Source: an uncultured Candidatus Binatia bacterium
GTDB taxonomy: Bacteria > Desulfobacterota > Binatia > Bin18
Reading direction: 5' to 3'
DNA length: 64,000 bases
Assembly (NCBI GenBank): GCA_965204455.1
Contig: CBDBEO010000001.1
Span: 6,135-70,134, forward strand
Shown here in pieces: positions 27,745 to 37,402 of this stretch. How positions within the stretch are numbered: position 1 is the first letter of the stretch; each line of letters starts with the position of its first letter. A program made the translations under genes and the position numbers. The notes beneath the pieces are model-generated. The model was not told the DNA's origin and searched no databases. It was given only the letters and a program-made list of their open reading frames with translations.

Positions 27745-28823
27745 GCGAGCCAAAAGCATCACCCAGAGACCCCGCGCTCGATCTGGACCCGTCGCCGGAA
27801 GACGGTGGGGATGCCGTCGAGAGCGGCGGCGAAGCGCGGCTCGAGGGCTCGCTGCGTCCCCGCAGCCTCGACGACTACATCGGCCAGGAGAGTACCAAAC
27901 AGAACCTGCGCATCGCCATTCAGGCGGCCAAACAACGCGGCGACGTGCTCGACCACCTGCTGTTTTACGGCCCTCCGGGGCTGGGCAAGACCTCAATGGC
28001 CCATATCATTGCCCGAGAAATGGGGGTGGATATTCGGGCCACGACCGGGCCGGTGATTGAACGGCCGGGCGATCTGGCCGCCATCCTGACCAATCTCGAA
28101 GACGGCGATGTGCTGTTCATCGACGAAATTCACCGCCTGAATCGGGTGGTGGAAGAATTCCTGTATCCGGCCATGGAGGATTTTCAGCTTGACCTGGTGG
28201 TCGGCCAGGGCCCCTCGGCCCGCACCGTCAAGCTGTCGCTCAAGCACTTTACCCTGGTCGGCGCGACAACCCGCTCAGGCCTGCTGACCTCACCCCTGCG
28301 CGACCGTTTCGGCTCGACCTTTCGGCTCGACTTTTACCGGGCGGCCGAGCTGGACCAGATTATTCGTCGCTCGGCCGCTATCCTGCACATGACGATTGAC
28401 CCCGACGGGGTGGCCGAGATTGCGCGCCGGTCGCGCGGCACGCCGCGGATTGCCAACCGCCTGCTGCGGCGGGTCCGCGACTTCGCCCAGGTCAAGGCCG
28501 ACTCGGTGGTCAGCCTGGAGGTAGCCCAGGCTGCGCTACAGCTGCTGGAGGTCGACGAGGTCGGTTTTGACAAAATGGACCGGACCGTCCTGCTGACGAT
28601 TATTGACAAGTTTCAGGGCGGCCCGGTCGGGATCGAAACGATCTCGGCGGCCATCGGCGAAGAGAAAAATACGATCGAAGACGTGTATGAGCCGTATCTG
28701 ATCCAGGAGGGCTATCTGCAGCGCACCCCCCGTGGGCGGCTGGCGACCCTGAAAGCCTATACCCATTTTGGCCGGGCCCACAGCGGCGGGACGGACGGCT
28801 CGGGTCAGGACCGGCTGTTCTGA
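27741..28823 (+). CDS. ruvB: Holliday junction DNA helicase RuvB
   Basis: ...[12 protein letters not shown]...[18 protein letters not shown]...LFIDEIHRL... It overlaps the ruvA stop by 4 bp. Confidence 0.95.
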   Translation: MSEPKASPRDPALDLDPSPEDGGDAVESGGEARLEGSLRPRSLDDYIGQESTKQNLRIAIQAAKQRGDVLDHLLFYGPPGLGKTSMAHIIAREMGVDIRATTGPVIERPGDLAAILTNLEDGDVLFIDEIHRLNRVVEEFLYPAMEDFQLDLVVGQGPSARTVKLSLKHFTLVGATTRSGLLTSPLRDRFGSTFRLDFYRAAELDQIIRRSAAILHMTIDPDGVAEIARRSRGTPRIANRLLRRVRDFAQVKADSVVSLEVAQAALQLLEVDEVGFDKMDRTVLLTIIDKFQGGPVGIETISAAIGEEKNTIEDVYEPYLIQEGYLQRTPRGRLATLKAYTHFGRAHSGGTDGSGQDRLF

Positions 28824-28843
28824 ACCCCGCGACCGTCGAGCAG

Positions 28844-31156
28844 GTGAGACCCATGGACACGCGACCGCCGTCCGCTTCCCCGCCCCCAGAGTCTGAGCAG
28901 GCCAAACGCCGGCGGCGCTGGGAAGGCGTGCTGATTCTGATCGCCGCTCTTGGCGTGGGGCTGTTTGCCGTCTTTCAGAGTCCGCTGCCGCAGCTCAGCA
29001 ACACCCACAGTCTGAGCAGCAATATCGTCTTCGTCCTGCTGATCAACCTCAATATCATTCTGCTCGTCCTGCTCGTTTTTCTGGTCGGTCGCAATCTGGT
29101 CAAACTCTTTTACGAGCGGCGGCAGAAGCTGCCGGGCGCGTATTTGCGCTTTCAGCTGGTCCTGGCCTTTGTGGCGATTTCCCTGTTGCCGGCCATTCTG
29201 CTGTTGTTGATCGGCATCGGCTTTGTCAACCGGTCCATCGACAACTGGTTCTCCAGCGAGATCGAAGACTCGCTGGGCGGAGCGCTCAGCGTTGTCGATG
29301 CCTTCTACGACCATTTGGCCGATGAGGCGCTGTTTCACGCCCGTGGCTTGGCCACTGAGATAGCGGCTCAGAGAGCGACCGCCGAGCACGGTCAGGCGCT
29401 GCTGCCCCTGCTTGAGCACACCCGCCAGCGCTTCGAGCTGGGCCGGATTCTGGTCTTTGGTCCCGGGCGGCAGCTGGTGGCGAGCGCCTCGGGGCCGGAC
29501 CGCACGTTTGGTGGGGACGGCAGCGTGGACGCCAAACTGCTCGACCGGGTGTTCCGCACGACCGCCGTCCGCCAGACCTATTTCCTGGGCCAGACCGAGG
29601 TCGTGCGTGGCGGCGTGCCCATCCTGGACCGCGGTGAGGTGGCCGGAGCGGTGGTTGTCGAATACGCGGTGCCACCCCATGTGGCCCACCAGGGCAGCCA
29701 GGTGGCGGACGCCTTCCGCGAGTATCGGCAGCTCAGAATCCTCAAGCAGCCGATGAAGAACAACTATTTGATCACCATGTTTCTGGTCACCCTGGTCGCG
29801 GTCTTTGCTGCGGTGTGGCTGGGGTTCTTTTTGTCCAAGAAGATTGCGGTTCCCCTCCAACAACTGGCTGCGGCAACCCGTGAGGTGGCCCAGGGCCACT
29901 GGACCCATCGGCTCGAAGGAGAAGGCCAGGACGAGGTGGGGACCCTGGTGGCCGCCTTCAACCGGATGACGACCGACTTGCAGCAGAGCCACCACGAGCT
30001 GGAAGCCCGCCGACGCTACATGGAAATCCTGTTGGCCAATATGAACACCGGGGTCGTCTCCCTGGACCGGACCGGCCTGGTTTCGACGGTCAATCGGGCT
30101 GCCGAACACCTGCTCGGGGTAGCGGCCGAGCGGGCCGTTGAGCAAGACTACCATGAGGTGTTCGGGGCGGGCGAGTTCGCCGAACTGCGACGGATGGTCG
30201 GCGCCCTGCTGAGCGAATCGCTCGACCGCCCGAACGCCGGGGACGAGAGCGGACCCAAACACCAGGCTCAGCTGCGCCTGCTGCGCGACGACCACGCCCT
30301 GACCCTGCTGGTGACGGCCGCGCCGCTGACCGATGAGCGTGGGGACGTGTTGGGCGGAGTGTGCTTTTTTGAGGATGTGACGCAGATCATCCGGGTTGAA
30401 CGCATGGAAGCCTGGCGCGAGGTCGCCTACCGGATTGCCCACGAAATCAAAAATCCGCTGACTCCGATTCAGCTCGCCGCTCAGCGCCTGCACCGCCGCT
30501 TTGCGCCGCAGCTGTCCGATCCCCAGGGCGTTTTTGACGAGTGTGTCCAGAGCATTGCCCATGAGGTCGATACGATTAAACGGCTGGTCAACGAGTTTTC
30601 GACCTTTGCCCGCCTGCCGACCGCCGAGTACCGGCCGGAGAACCTGAACGCCCTGATCCAGGAGGTGATTGTCATCTTTTCCGAGGCGCACCGGGACCTG
30701 GAGTTCAGCCTGTCCCACGACCCCGAGCTGCCGCTGTTGGACCTCGACCGTGAGGGCATCAAACGGATGATTCGCAACCTGCTGGACAACGCGGTGGCCG
30801 CCTGCCGGACACCGCTCAACGGCAGTGCCAAGGCGGGTCGGATTGAGGTGGTGACCCGCTTTTTCCGCTCGGTCGGCATCGTCCGGCTCGAGGTGGCTGA
30901 CACCGGCTGCGGTATTCCGGCCGAGATCAAGGATCGCTTGTTCGAGCCCTATTTTTCGACCAAAAAAGACGGCACGGGTCTGGGCTTGGCGATCGTGGCC
31001 ACGGTGGTGGCCGACCATCAGGCGTTTTTGCGCGTGCGGGACAATCTCCCCCACGGCAGTCGCTTTATCATTGAGCTGCCGGTCCGCCGGCGGGAACAGC
31101 TGAGCCCGGACCGGGCCGCACCGCCGCAACCGAGTGCAAACGGCCAGTACAGCTAG
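28844..31156 (+). CDS. Sensor histidine kinase, NtrY-like architecture (N-terminal TM segments, HAMP, PAS, HisKA, HATPase_c)
   Basis: Hydrophobic N-terminus. H-box IAHEIKNPLTPIQLAAQRL. C-terminal HATPase motifs ...DTGCGIPAEIKDRLFEPYFSTKKDGTGLGLAIV... Confidence 0.85.
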   Translation: MRPMDTRPPSASPPPESEQAKRRRRWEGVLILIAALGVGLFAVFQSPLPQLSNTHSLSSNIVFVLLINLNIILLVLLVFLVGRNLVKLFYERRQKLPGAYLRFQLVLAFVAISLLPAILLLLIGIGFVNRSIDNWFSSEIEDSLGGALSVVDAFYDHLADEALFHARGLATEIAAQRATAEHGQALLPLLEHTRQRFELGRILVFGPGRQLVASASGPDRTFGGDGSVDAKLLDRVFRTTAVRQTYFLGQTEVVRGGVPILDRGEVAGAVVVEYAVPPHVAHQGSQVADAFREYRQLRILKQPMKNNYLITMFLVTLVAVFAAVWLGFFLSKKIAVPLQQLAAATREVAQGHWTHRLEGEGQDEVGTLVAAFNRMTTDLQQSHHELEARRRYMEILLANMNTGVVSLDRTGLVSTVNRAAEHLLGVAAERAVEQDYHEVFGAGEFAELRRMVGALLSESLDRPNAGDESGPKHQAQLRLLRDDHALTLLVTAAPLTDERGDVLGGVCFFEDVTQIIRVERMEAWREVAYRIAHEIKNPLTPIQLAAQRLHRRFAPQLSDPQGVFDECVQSIAHEVDTIKRLVNEFSTFARLPTAEYRPENLNALIQEVIVIFSEAHRDLEFSLSHDPELPLLDLDREGIKRMIRNLLDNAVAACRTPLNGSAKAGRIEVVTRFFRSVGIVRLEVADTGCGIPAEIKDRLFEPYFSTKKDGTGLGLAIVATVVADHQAFLRVRDNLPHGSRFIIELPVRRREQLSPDRAAPPQPSANGQYS

Positions 31157-31165
31157 GAGGACGGT

Positions 31166-32449
31166 ATGCAGGAGACCATTCTGGTGGTTGATGACGAGGA
31201 ACAGATTCGGACCACCCTGCGCGGCATCTTGGGCGATGAGGGATTTCAGGTCTTGGACACCGGTGACGGGACCCGGATCCTCGATTTGGTCCGCACCCGT
31301 CAACCCCGGCTGGTCATTCTCGATATCTGGATGCCACAGCTCGACGGGATCAGTCTGCTCGAACAGCTGAAAACGCAGCAGCCGGAGTTGCCGGTCATCG
31401 TCATTTCCGGCCACGGGACGATTGAGACGGCAGTCCGGGCAACCAAGCTGGGGGCGACCGATTTTATTGAAAAACCGTTTTCGCTCGAAGCCCTGCTGCG
31501 CTCGGTGTATCGGGCGATTGGACGTGAGGCGGCTGGCTCTGCGGCCCGAGGAGAATCCCGCGACCTGCCGCCCAGCCGTCAGGCTGCCGTGCGGCCGCGC
31601 GAGTGCGTGCAGGCCCGGACCATCGGGCGCAGTGTCGTGCTGCGCGGTCAGGGTTTGCACTCCGGGGTGCGCACCGGGGTGATCCTCCAGCCGCTGCCGC
31701 CCGGTAGCGGGATTGTGTTCGGCTCTTTATCGACCGATGTCGTCATTCCGGCCTCGGTCGACTATGTCGGCTCGACCGGCTATGCGACAAGTTTGTACCG
31801 GGACGGCGCCGTGGCGCGGACGATTGAGCATCTGATGGCGGCTCTGCACGGCTATGGCATCAGCAATCTGATGGTCAAGATGCAGGATGAGATTCCGATT
31901 CTGGACGGCTCGGCGCGTGAGTTCTGTCAGCTGCTCGACGAAGCCGGCGTCGTCGAGCAGGACGAGACGGTTGAGGTCATTGCGGTTGACCGGCCGTATC
32001 AGGTTGGCGACGGGGAAGGCGGGAAGAGGCTGCGCCTTGAGCCGGCCGACCATTTCTCGGTCCGTTATATTCTCGACTATCCCCCGCCGGTCGGCCGTCA
32101 GGAGCACTGCTATGTCCACCACGGGACCGAGAGCTTTGGCGCCGAAATTGCCCCGGCCCGCACCTTCGGATTTTTGAAAGAGGTCCAGGCCCTGGAACAG
32201 ATGGGCTTGGCCAACGGTGGACGGCTGGACAACTGTATTTTGATCGGCGACCAGGGCGTGATTAACCCCCCGCTGCGTTTTGACGACGAACTCGCCCGCC
32301 ATAAAATCCTGGACTTGATTGGCGACCTGTACCTGTTGGGCCGGCCGCTGCGGGCCAGGGTGACGGCCGACCGGACCGGTCATGGCGATAATATCGCTCT
32401 GGTTCGAGTCCTGCGCGAGGGGCTGGGCCTGCTCCCGACGCTGCACTGA
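31166..32449 (+). CDS. lpxC: Response-regulator receiver domain fused to UDP-3-O-acyl-N-acetylglucosamine deacetylase (REC-LpxC)
   Basis: Residues 1-125 form a CheY-like receiver: ILVVDDEEQIRTTL...LVILDIWMPQLDG...GATDFIEKPF. Residues from about 150 to 427 align along their full length with E. coli LpxC and keep the zinc and catalytic residues: TIEHLMAAL (E78/H79), ARHKILDLIGDL (H238/D242), TGHGDN (H265). Confidence 0.85.
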   Translation: MQETILVVDDEEQIRTTLRGILGDEGFQVLDTGDGTRILDLVRTRQPRLVILDIWMPQLDGISLLEQLKTQQPELPVIVISGHGTIETAVRATKLGATDFIEKPFSLEALLRSVYRAIGREAAGSAARGESRDLPPSRQAAVRPRECVQARTIGRSVVLRGQGLHSGVRTGVILQPLPPGSGIVFGSLSTDVVIPASVDYVGSTGYATSLYRDGAVARTIEHLMAALHGYGISNLMVKMQDEIPILDGSAREFCQLLDEAGVVEQDETVEVIAVDRPYQVGDGEGGKRLRLEPADHFSVRYILDYPPPVGRQEHCYVHHGTESFGAEIAPARTFGFLKEVQALEQMGLANGGRLDNCILIGDQGVINPPLRFDDELARHKILDLIGDLYLLGRPLRARVTADRTGHGDNIALVRVLREGLGLLPTLH

Positions 32450-32485
32450 AGAGCCGCTGAATGGCGGTCAGCATGCACCTGTGGG

Positions 32486-33511
32486 GTGTGTGGAAAACCG
32501 GCTCTGACCGGCTATGATGGAGGCATGCTCAAACGCTGGCTCTACCTCAGCCTCGCTGGCTGGCTCCTTTTTGCGCTCCCTGTCGGACTCGTGGCCGACG
32601 GCTTTGGCCAGAGTCGGCCGTCCTTCAGCCAGATCGTCCGCTACGTCCAGCTCGCCCAGCTCGAACGGGTGACCGACCGTCTGCGCTCGGTCATCCCCAA
32701 CCCGCCTCAGTTTGAACTGCTGGTATTTGACGATCCGTCCATCAACGCCGGGGCCACCTCCGGTCGCGTCATGGTTTCGACCGGCATGCTGAACTTTGTC
32801 CGTTCGGACGACGAGCTGGCCGTGATTGTCGGCCATGAAATTGCCCATCTCAGCCTGGACCACGTGTCGCAGGGCGTCTTCAGGTCCAGCCTGCTCGGGC
32901 TGGCCAGCCTGCTGGTGGACAGCATCTATCCGGGCATAGGCCTGCTGACCGGCCAGGTCGGGCGTCTGTTTTTGAATCACTACAACCAGGACCAGGAGCG
33001 TGAGGCGGACGCGCTCGGTCTGCGCTACGCGTTTGACGCCGGGTATGATCCCCGGGCCGGGGCTGAGGTCATGCGCCGCATGGCTCGTGAGGTGCCGGAA
33101 ACTGCGACGGCCGGATTTTTCTCGTCGCATCCGTCCTCCCCGGAGCGGGCTGCAACGCTGCGTCAACTGGCCGCCCGGCTGACGGCTGGCCGCCCCGGTC
33201 CGGCGCCCGTCGCCCTGTCGCCTCCGTCCCCGCCGGCGCCCCGGTTCGAGCGGGACGAAGACGCCTGCCGCCGGGCGCGGTCGTACTTCTACCGGGCTCT
33301 GGCCGCCCGCTCCCTGCGCCAGAAAGTGCGCCTCTACGACTGGGGCCTGGGTATCTGTCCGCACAGCCCGCGGGCGCGTTTCGAGCTGGCCGAGGTGTAT
33401 ACCCGTCTGGGCCAGACCGAGCGCGCGACCGCCCAACTCCGGGCGGTGCTGCGCTATGACCCGGCCTATCCCGGCGCCCGGCAGCGCTTGCGCAGCTTGC
33501 AGCAGCGCTGA
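32486..33511 (+). CDS. M48 family zinc metallopeptidase (secreted/periplasmic) with a TPR-like C-terminal region
   Basis: Signal peptide, then HExxH in ...VIVGHEIAHLSLDHV..., an M48/Ste24-like context. Confidence 0.75.
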   Translation: MCGKPALTGYDGGMLKRWLYLSLAGWLLFALPVGLVADGFGQSRPSFSQIVRYVQLAQLERVTDRLRSVIPNPPQFELLVFDDPSINAGATSGRVMVSTGMLNFVRSDDELAVIVGHEIAHLSLDHVSQGVFRSSLLGLASLLVDSIYPGIGLLTGQVGRLFLNHYNQDQEREADALGLRYAFDAGYDPRAGAEVMRRMAREVPETATAGFFSSHPSSPERAATLRQLAARLTAGRPGPAPVALSPPSPPAPRFERDEDACRRARSYFYRALAARSLRQKVRLYDWGLGICPHSPRARFELAEVYTRLGQTERATAQLRAVLRYDPAYPGARQRLRSLQQR

Positions 33512-33521
33512 GATCGCCTGC

Positions 33522-34094
33522 TCAGGATTGCTTGCCGGCCGCGATGATCTCACGGACCATCTCAGAAAGCGACGCTGTCGGCGGGGCTGGTTGGGCTGTC
33601 GGCGGTCGCACGAGCGCCCGGAAGAGGCTCGACTCGCGCCGAAAAAATCCCTCGGTGTGATACGACTCGCGCAGCCCCAGGTAGGTGAAATCGAGGTGAT
33701 GGCAGACCTCGTGCAACAGGGTGCGCAAATAGGTCCGAAAGGCCACGACCTGGCCGCGTTTGGCGGTACGCATCCAGACCTGAATGGAATCCTTGTGGCT
33801 GCCGTTGTTGTACTGGGTGTACAGGCCGTGCAGCTCGCCGCGGCGATTTGAGGGGCGCACGCCCTGGACCTGGACCCGCACGCTGCGTACGCCGAGCCGT
33901 CGGCAGATCTGGTTCACGATTCGCTGAGACAGGGCCTGGACCTGAGGCCGGTTGTCCCGTCCCAAGGCGTCGGCCAGGCTGGTCACCGCGTCCGACAGTT
34001 GGGGGCTGGGGGGCAGCTCAATCGAGCTGATGGCGGCACTGCGATCATAGATCCGCTGCTGCACTGGACTCAGCCTGGTCCGCCAATTCCGCAT
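33522..34094 (-). CDS. Hypothetical HExxH-motif protein (SprT-like / DUF45-like putative zinc hydrolase)
   Basis: 190 aa containing ...TLLHEVCHHLDF... No further family assignment is possible from the sequence alone. Confidence 0.4.
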   Translation of the reverse strand: MRNWRTRLSPVQQRIYDRSAAISSIELPPSPQLSDAVTSLADALGRDNRPQVQALSQRIVNQICRRLGVRSVRVQVQGVRPSNRRGELHGLYTQYNNGSHKDSIQVWMRTAKRGQVVAFRTYLRTLLHEVCHHLDFTYLGLRESYHTEGFFRRESSLFRALVRPPTAQPAPPTASLSEMVREIIAAGKQS

Positions 34095-34228
34095 CCGCCT
34101 CTCCCTGATAGGGCGTCATTGTGACCCGAACGGGCGGACACCGCAAGCCGACTAAAATTCTTTCCTCGGCGCCTGAGATAGCGTACAGTGGGCCTTTATT
34201 TCAGACCCCATAATGGGCAGGAGGCAGC

Positions 34229-34702
34229 ATGGGATCCCTCGTCAGACGCTGGAGCTGTGTGACCCTGGTCATGCTCGTAGCCGGCACGCCTATGCGAGTC
34301 GCCGCGTGTTTCGCCGATTTCTTTCCCAAGCAGCAGGTCGGTCAGGAGATGACGCTGACCGGCCAGTTCTACCGTTTTTCCTATGCGCGTCGCTTTTTTC
34401 GGCGCGACCCCAAGACCGGCCAGGTGGATTATTTTACCTTTTTTGGGGTAGAGGTCGTGCCGACCACGATTATCGGCGACGGGACCCTGTCGCAGGAGCC
34501 GAAGCAGATCGATTCCCTGCTGTTGCTGTATCCCGACGAGGAGCTGGTCCGGGACCTACCGGAGAAGGGCGATAAGATCTGGTTCACCGGCACACTGCTC
34601 GGCTATCAACACGGGGCGAGCGGCATTACCTCGGCCTTCGGCATTGGCGGGATGCCCTATATTCTGCTCAAGGGCTTCTCTGACCAGGCACCGGCGCCCT
34701 GA
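34229..34702 (+). CDS. Hypothetical secreted protein
   Basis: 157 aa with N-terminal signal peptide MGSLVRRWSCVTLVMLVAGTPMRVAA. No recognisable domain. Confidence 0.35.
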   Translation: MGSLVRRWSCVTLVMLVAGTPMRVAACFADFFPKQQVGQEMTLTGQFYRFSYARRFFRRDPKTGQVDYFTFFGVEVVPTTIIGDGTLSQEPKQIDSLLLLYPDEELVRDLPEKGDKIWFTGTLLGYQHGASGITSAFGIGGMPYILLKGFSDQAPAP

Positions 34703-34751
34703 ACTGCTCGGCGGCCTTGCCAAGACGCAAAAAAATCTGCACGGTCATAGC

Positions 34752-36527
34752 CCTATGGCGTGGGATGCGTGGTTTACCCTGGCGGTCGTGGTCGTCGGTA
34801 TTGGGGCCTTGATGCGGGATCTGCTGGCCCCGGATCTGATCTTTGTGGGGATGCTGGCCGTGCTGCTGGCGAGCGGGATTGTGTCGCCCCAGGAGGCGTT
34901 TGTCGGGTTTTCCAATCCGGAAATTCTCGCCATCGGCGCCCTGTTCGTGGTGGCCGGTGCGCTCCAGCATACCGGTGCTCTGGGCTTTGTGGCCACGCGG
35001 CTGTTCGGCCAGATTACCAGCCACCGACGCGCCCTGCTGCGCATGATGCTGCCCACCGCCGGCATCTCGGCCTTTTTGAACAACACCCCGATTGTGGCCA
35101 TGTTCACGCCGGTGGTGTTTGACTGGGCGCGACGCCACCAGGTGTCGCCGTCGCGCTTTCTCATCCCGCTGTCCTACGCGACGATTCTGGGCGGGGCGTG
35201 CACCCTGATCGGAACCTCGACCAATATGGTCGTCAACGGCTTGATGGTCGGCGCCGGACAGCCGGGCATGTCCTTCTTTGAGCTGAGCGCGGTCGGGGTG
35301 CCGTGTGCCGTGGTTGGCGTGGGCTTTGTGGTTATTGCCGGCCGCGTCCTGCTGCCCGACCGCAAGGAGCTGCTGGAAAGTCTGGGTGAAACGCGCCGCG
35401 AGTATCTGGTCGAGCTTGAGGTGACGGCCGAGTGTCCCCTGGTCGGCCAGCAGATCGAAGAGGCCGGTCTGCGCCACCTGCCCGGCCTGTTTCTGGTGCG
35501 TATTGAGCGATCCGAGGGAACCGTCTCTCCGGTCGGGCCGCAAGAGCGGATTCGGGTCGCCGACCGGCTGGTCTTTACCGGGGTGGTCGCGACGATCGTC
35601 GATCTGCAAAAGATCCGGGGGCTGGTGCCGGCCGGGGATCACCGCGACGGAGTCGAACGGGTCGGGGAGGGCAACAATCTGAGCGAGGCGGTCATTTCTG
35701 AGGACTCGCCGCTCAACGGGGTCACGATTCGAGACGCCAATTTCCGCACCCGCTACGGCGCGGCCGTGGTCGCGGTGCATCGTGGCGGGCGCCGGCTGAG
35801 CGGAAAAATCGGCGATATTCTGCTCCGCGCCGGAGACACCCTGTTGCTCGAAGCCTCGGCCGGTTTTGCCCGCACCTACCGCAACTCGGCCGACTTCTAT
35901 CTGGTGTCCGAGGTCGATAACAGCGCGCCGCCGCGGTACGACAAGGCCATTCCGGCCCTGCTGGCCCTGGTCGCCCTCATTACGACCGTCACCCTGGGCC
36001 TGTTGCCGATGATGACCGCCGCCCTGCTGGCCGCGTTTGGCGTCATCGTGTGTGGCTGTCTGTCGGTCGGCGAGACCCGCCGGGTTGTCGATGTCTCGGT
36101 GTTGATTCTCATTGCCTCGGCGTTCGGGATCGGCCGGGCGCTGGACAAGACCGGGGCGGCCGAATTTCTGGCCTCGTTTCTGGTCGAGGTCGGCGCCGGG
36201 CTGGGGCCGGTGGGCGTGCTGGCCCTAGTGTATCTGGTCACCCTGGTCTTCACCGAATGTATCTCTCACGCCCCGGCCGCAGTCCTGATGTTTCCCATTG
36301 CGGCCGAGACCGCCGGGCAGTTCGGGGTCGATGTGCGGCCGTTTGCGATCACGATTGCGATTGCCGCCTCGGCCGCGTTCGCCTCGCCGCTCAGCTATCA
36401 GACCCACCTGATGGTGTACGGACCGGGCGGCTACCGCTTTACCGATTTTCTGAAGATCGGCATTCCGCTCGACCTGCTGATCTTTGCCGTGGCCATGATC
36501 TGCATTCCGTGGATGTGGCCCTTCTGA
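34752..36527 (+). CDS. SLC13/DASS (ArsB/NhaD superfamily) anion permease with central TrkA-C (RCK_C) domains
   Basis: Start is MAWDAWFTLAVVVVG. Membrane repeats flank two soluble segments typical of TrkA_C: ...VTAECPLVGQQIEEAGLR... and ...VISEDSPLNGVTIRDANFR... Confidence 0.75.
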   Translation, partial: PMAWDAWFTLAVVVVGIGALMRDLLAPDLIFVGMLAVLLASGIVSPQEAFVGFSNPEILAIGALFVVAGALQHTGALGFVATRLFGQITSHRRALLRMMLPTAGISAFLNNTPIVAMFTPVVFDWARRHQVSPSRFLIPLSYATILGGACTLIGTSTNMVVNGLMVGAGQPGMSFFELSAVGVPCAVVGVGFVVIAGRVLLPDRKELLESLGETRREYLVELEVTAECPLVGQQIEEAGLRHLPGLFLVRIERSEGTVSPVGPQERIRVADRLVFTGVVATIVDLQKIRGLVPAGDHRDGVERVGEGNNLSEAVISEDSPLNGVTIRDANFRTRYGAAVVAVHRGGRRLSGKIGDILLRAGDTLLLEASAGFARTYRNSADFYLVSEVDNSAPPRYDKAIPALLALVALITTVTLGLLPMMTAALLAAFGVIVCGCLSVGETRRVVDVSVLILIASAFGIGRALDKTGAAEFLASFLVEVGAGLGPVGVLALVYLVTLVFTECISHAPAAVLMFPIAAETAGQFGVDVRPFAITIAIAASAAFASPLSYQTHLMVYGPGGYRFTDFLKIGIPLDLLIFAVAMICIPWMWPF

Positions 36528-36569
36528 GCTGAGGTCTGCCTTTTCAGGGTGCGTGTCAGGAGGACTGGT

Positions 36570-37331
36570 ATGAGCAAACAATTTGACGGAAAAGTCGCTT
36601 TGGTGACTGGCGGCAGCTCGGGCATCGGGCGAGCCTCGGCGCTGGCCTTTGCCCGTGAGGGAGCCCGGCTCGTTGTTGCTGATGTTGATGTCGAAGGCGG
36701 CCAACACACCTGCCGGCTGATTGAGCAGGCCGGCGGCGAAGCCGTATTTGTGGCAACCGATGTCTCGCAGGCGGCTCAAGTCGAAGCGGCGGTCAAGCGG
36801 ACCATCGACCGCTATGGGCGGCTGGATTATGCCCATAATAATGCCGGCATTGAGGGCATGGTCCTGACCCCAACGGCAGAGTGGACCGAAGAGGCCTGGC
36901 ACCGGGTCATCGGGGTGAATCTCAAAGGGATATGGCTGTGCATGAAGTATGAGATTCCGCATCTGCTCAAGCAGACCGGTGGGGCGATTGTCAACACTGC
37001 CTCAATCGCCGGCTTGGTCGGCAGTCGCTCAGCCGCCTACGGGGCCAGCAAACACGGCATCGTCGGGCTCACCAAAACAGCCGCCCTGGAATATGCCCGG
37101 TCAGGTATCCGGGTGAATGCCGTGTGTCCAGGTGTGATCCGTACTCCGATGCTGGAAAGAAGCTTAGAGCGTATGCCGGATCTCGAAGCCCGTTTTGTCG
37201 AGGTCGAGCCCATCGGTCGTATGGGTTCGCCGGAAGAGATCGCCGAGGCCGCAGTCTGGCTGTGTTCTGACGCGGCGTCGTTTGTGACCGGTCATGCCAT
37301 GGCCGTTGATGGCGGGTATGTGGCACGCTAG
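36570..37331 (+). CDS. SDR family NAD(P)-dependent oxidoreductase
   Basis: RBS caggagg, then start MSKQFDGKVALVTGGSSGIGRA (TGxxxGxG). The catalytic motif is YGASKHGIVGLTK. Confidence 0.9.
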   Translation: MSKQFDGKVALVTGGSSGIGRASALAFAREGARLVVADVDVEGGQHTCRLIEQAGGEAVFVATDVSQAAQVEAAVKRTIDRYGRLDYAHNNAGIEGMVLTPTAEWTEEAWHRVIGVNLKGIWLCMKYEIPHLLKQTGGAIVNTASIAGLVGSRSAAYGASKHGIVGLTKTAALEYARSGIRVNAVCPGVIRTPMLERSLERMPDLEARFVEVEPIGRMGSPEEIAEAAVWLCSDAASFVTGHAMAVDGGYVAR

Positions 37332-37402
37332 CATTTTTCTGGAAATTATCTGGAGCAGGCGGCCGTCTCACCACGGGCGCCACTCACACCCGGGGTAGGA
37401 CG

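Noticed and set aside
28805-31660. 951-aa - strand ORF
   Set aside because: It is antisense to the histidine kinase and REC-LpxC genes, which have unambiguous motif support. It is an artefact.
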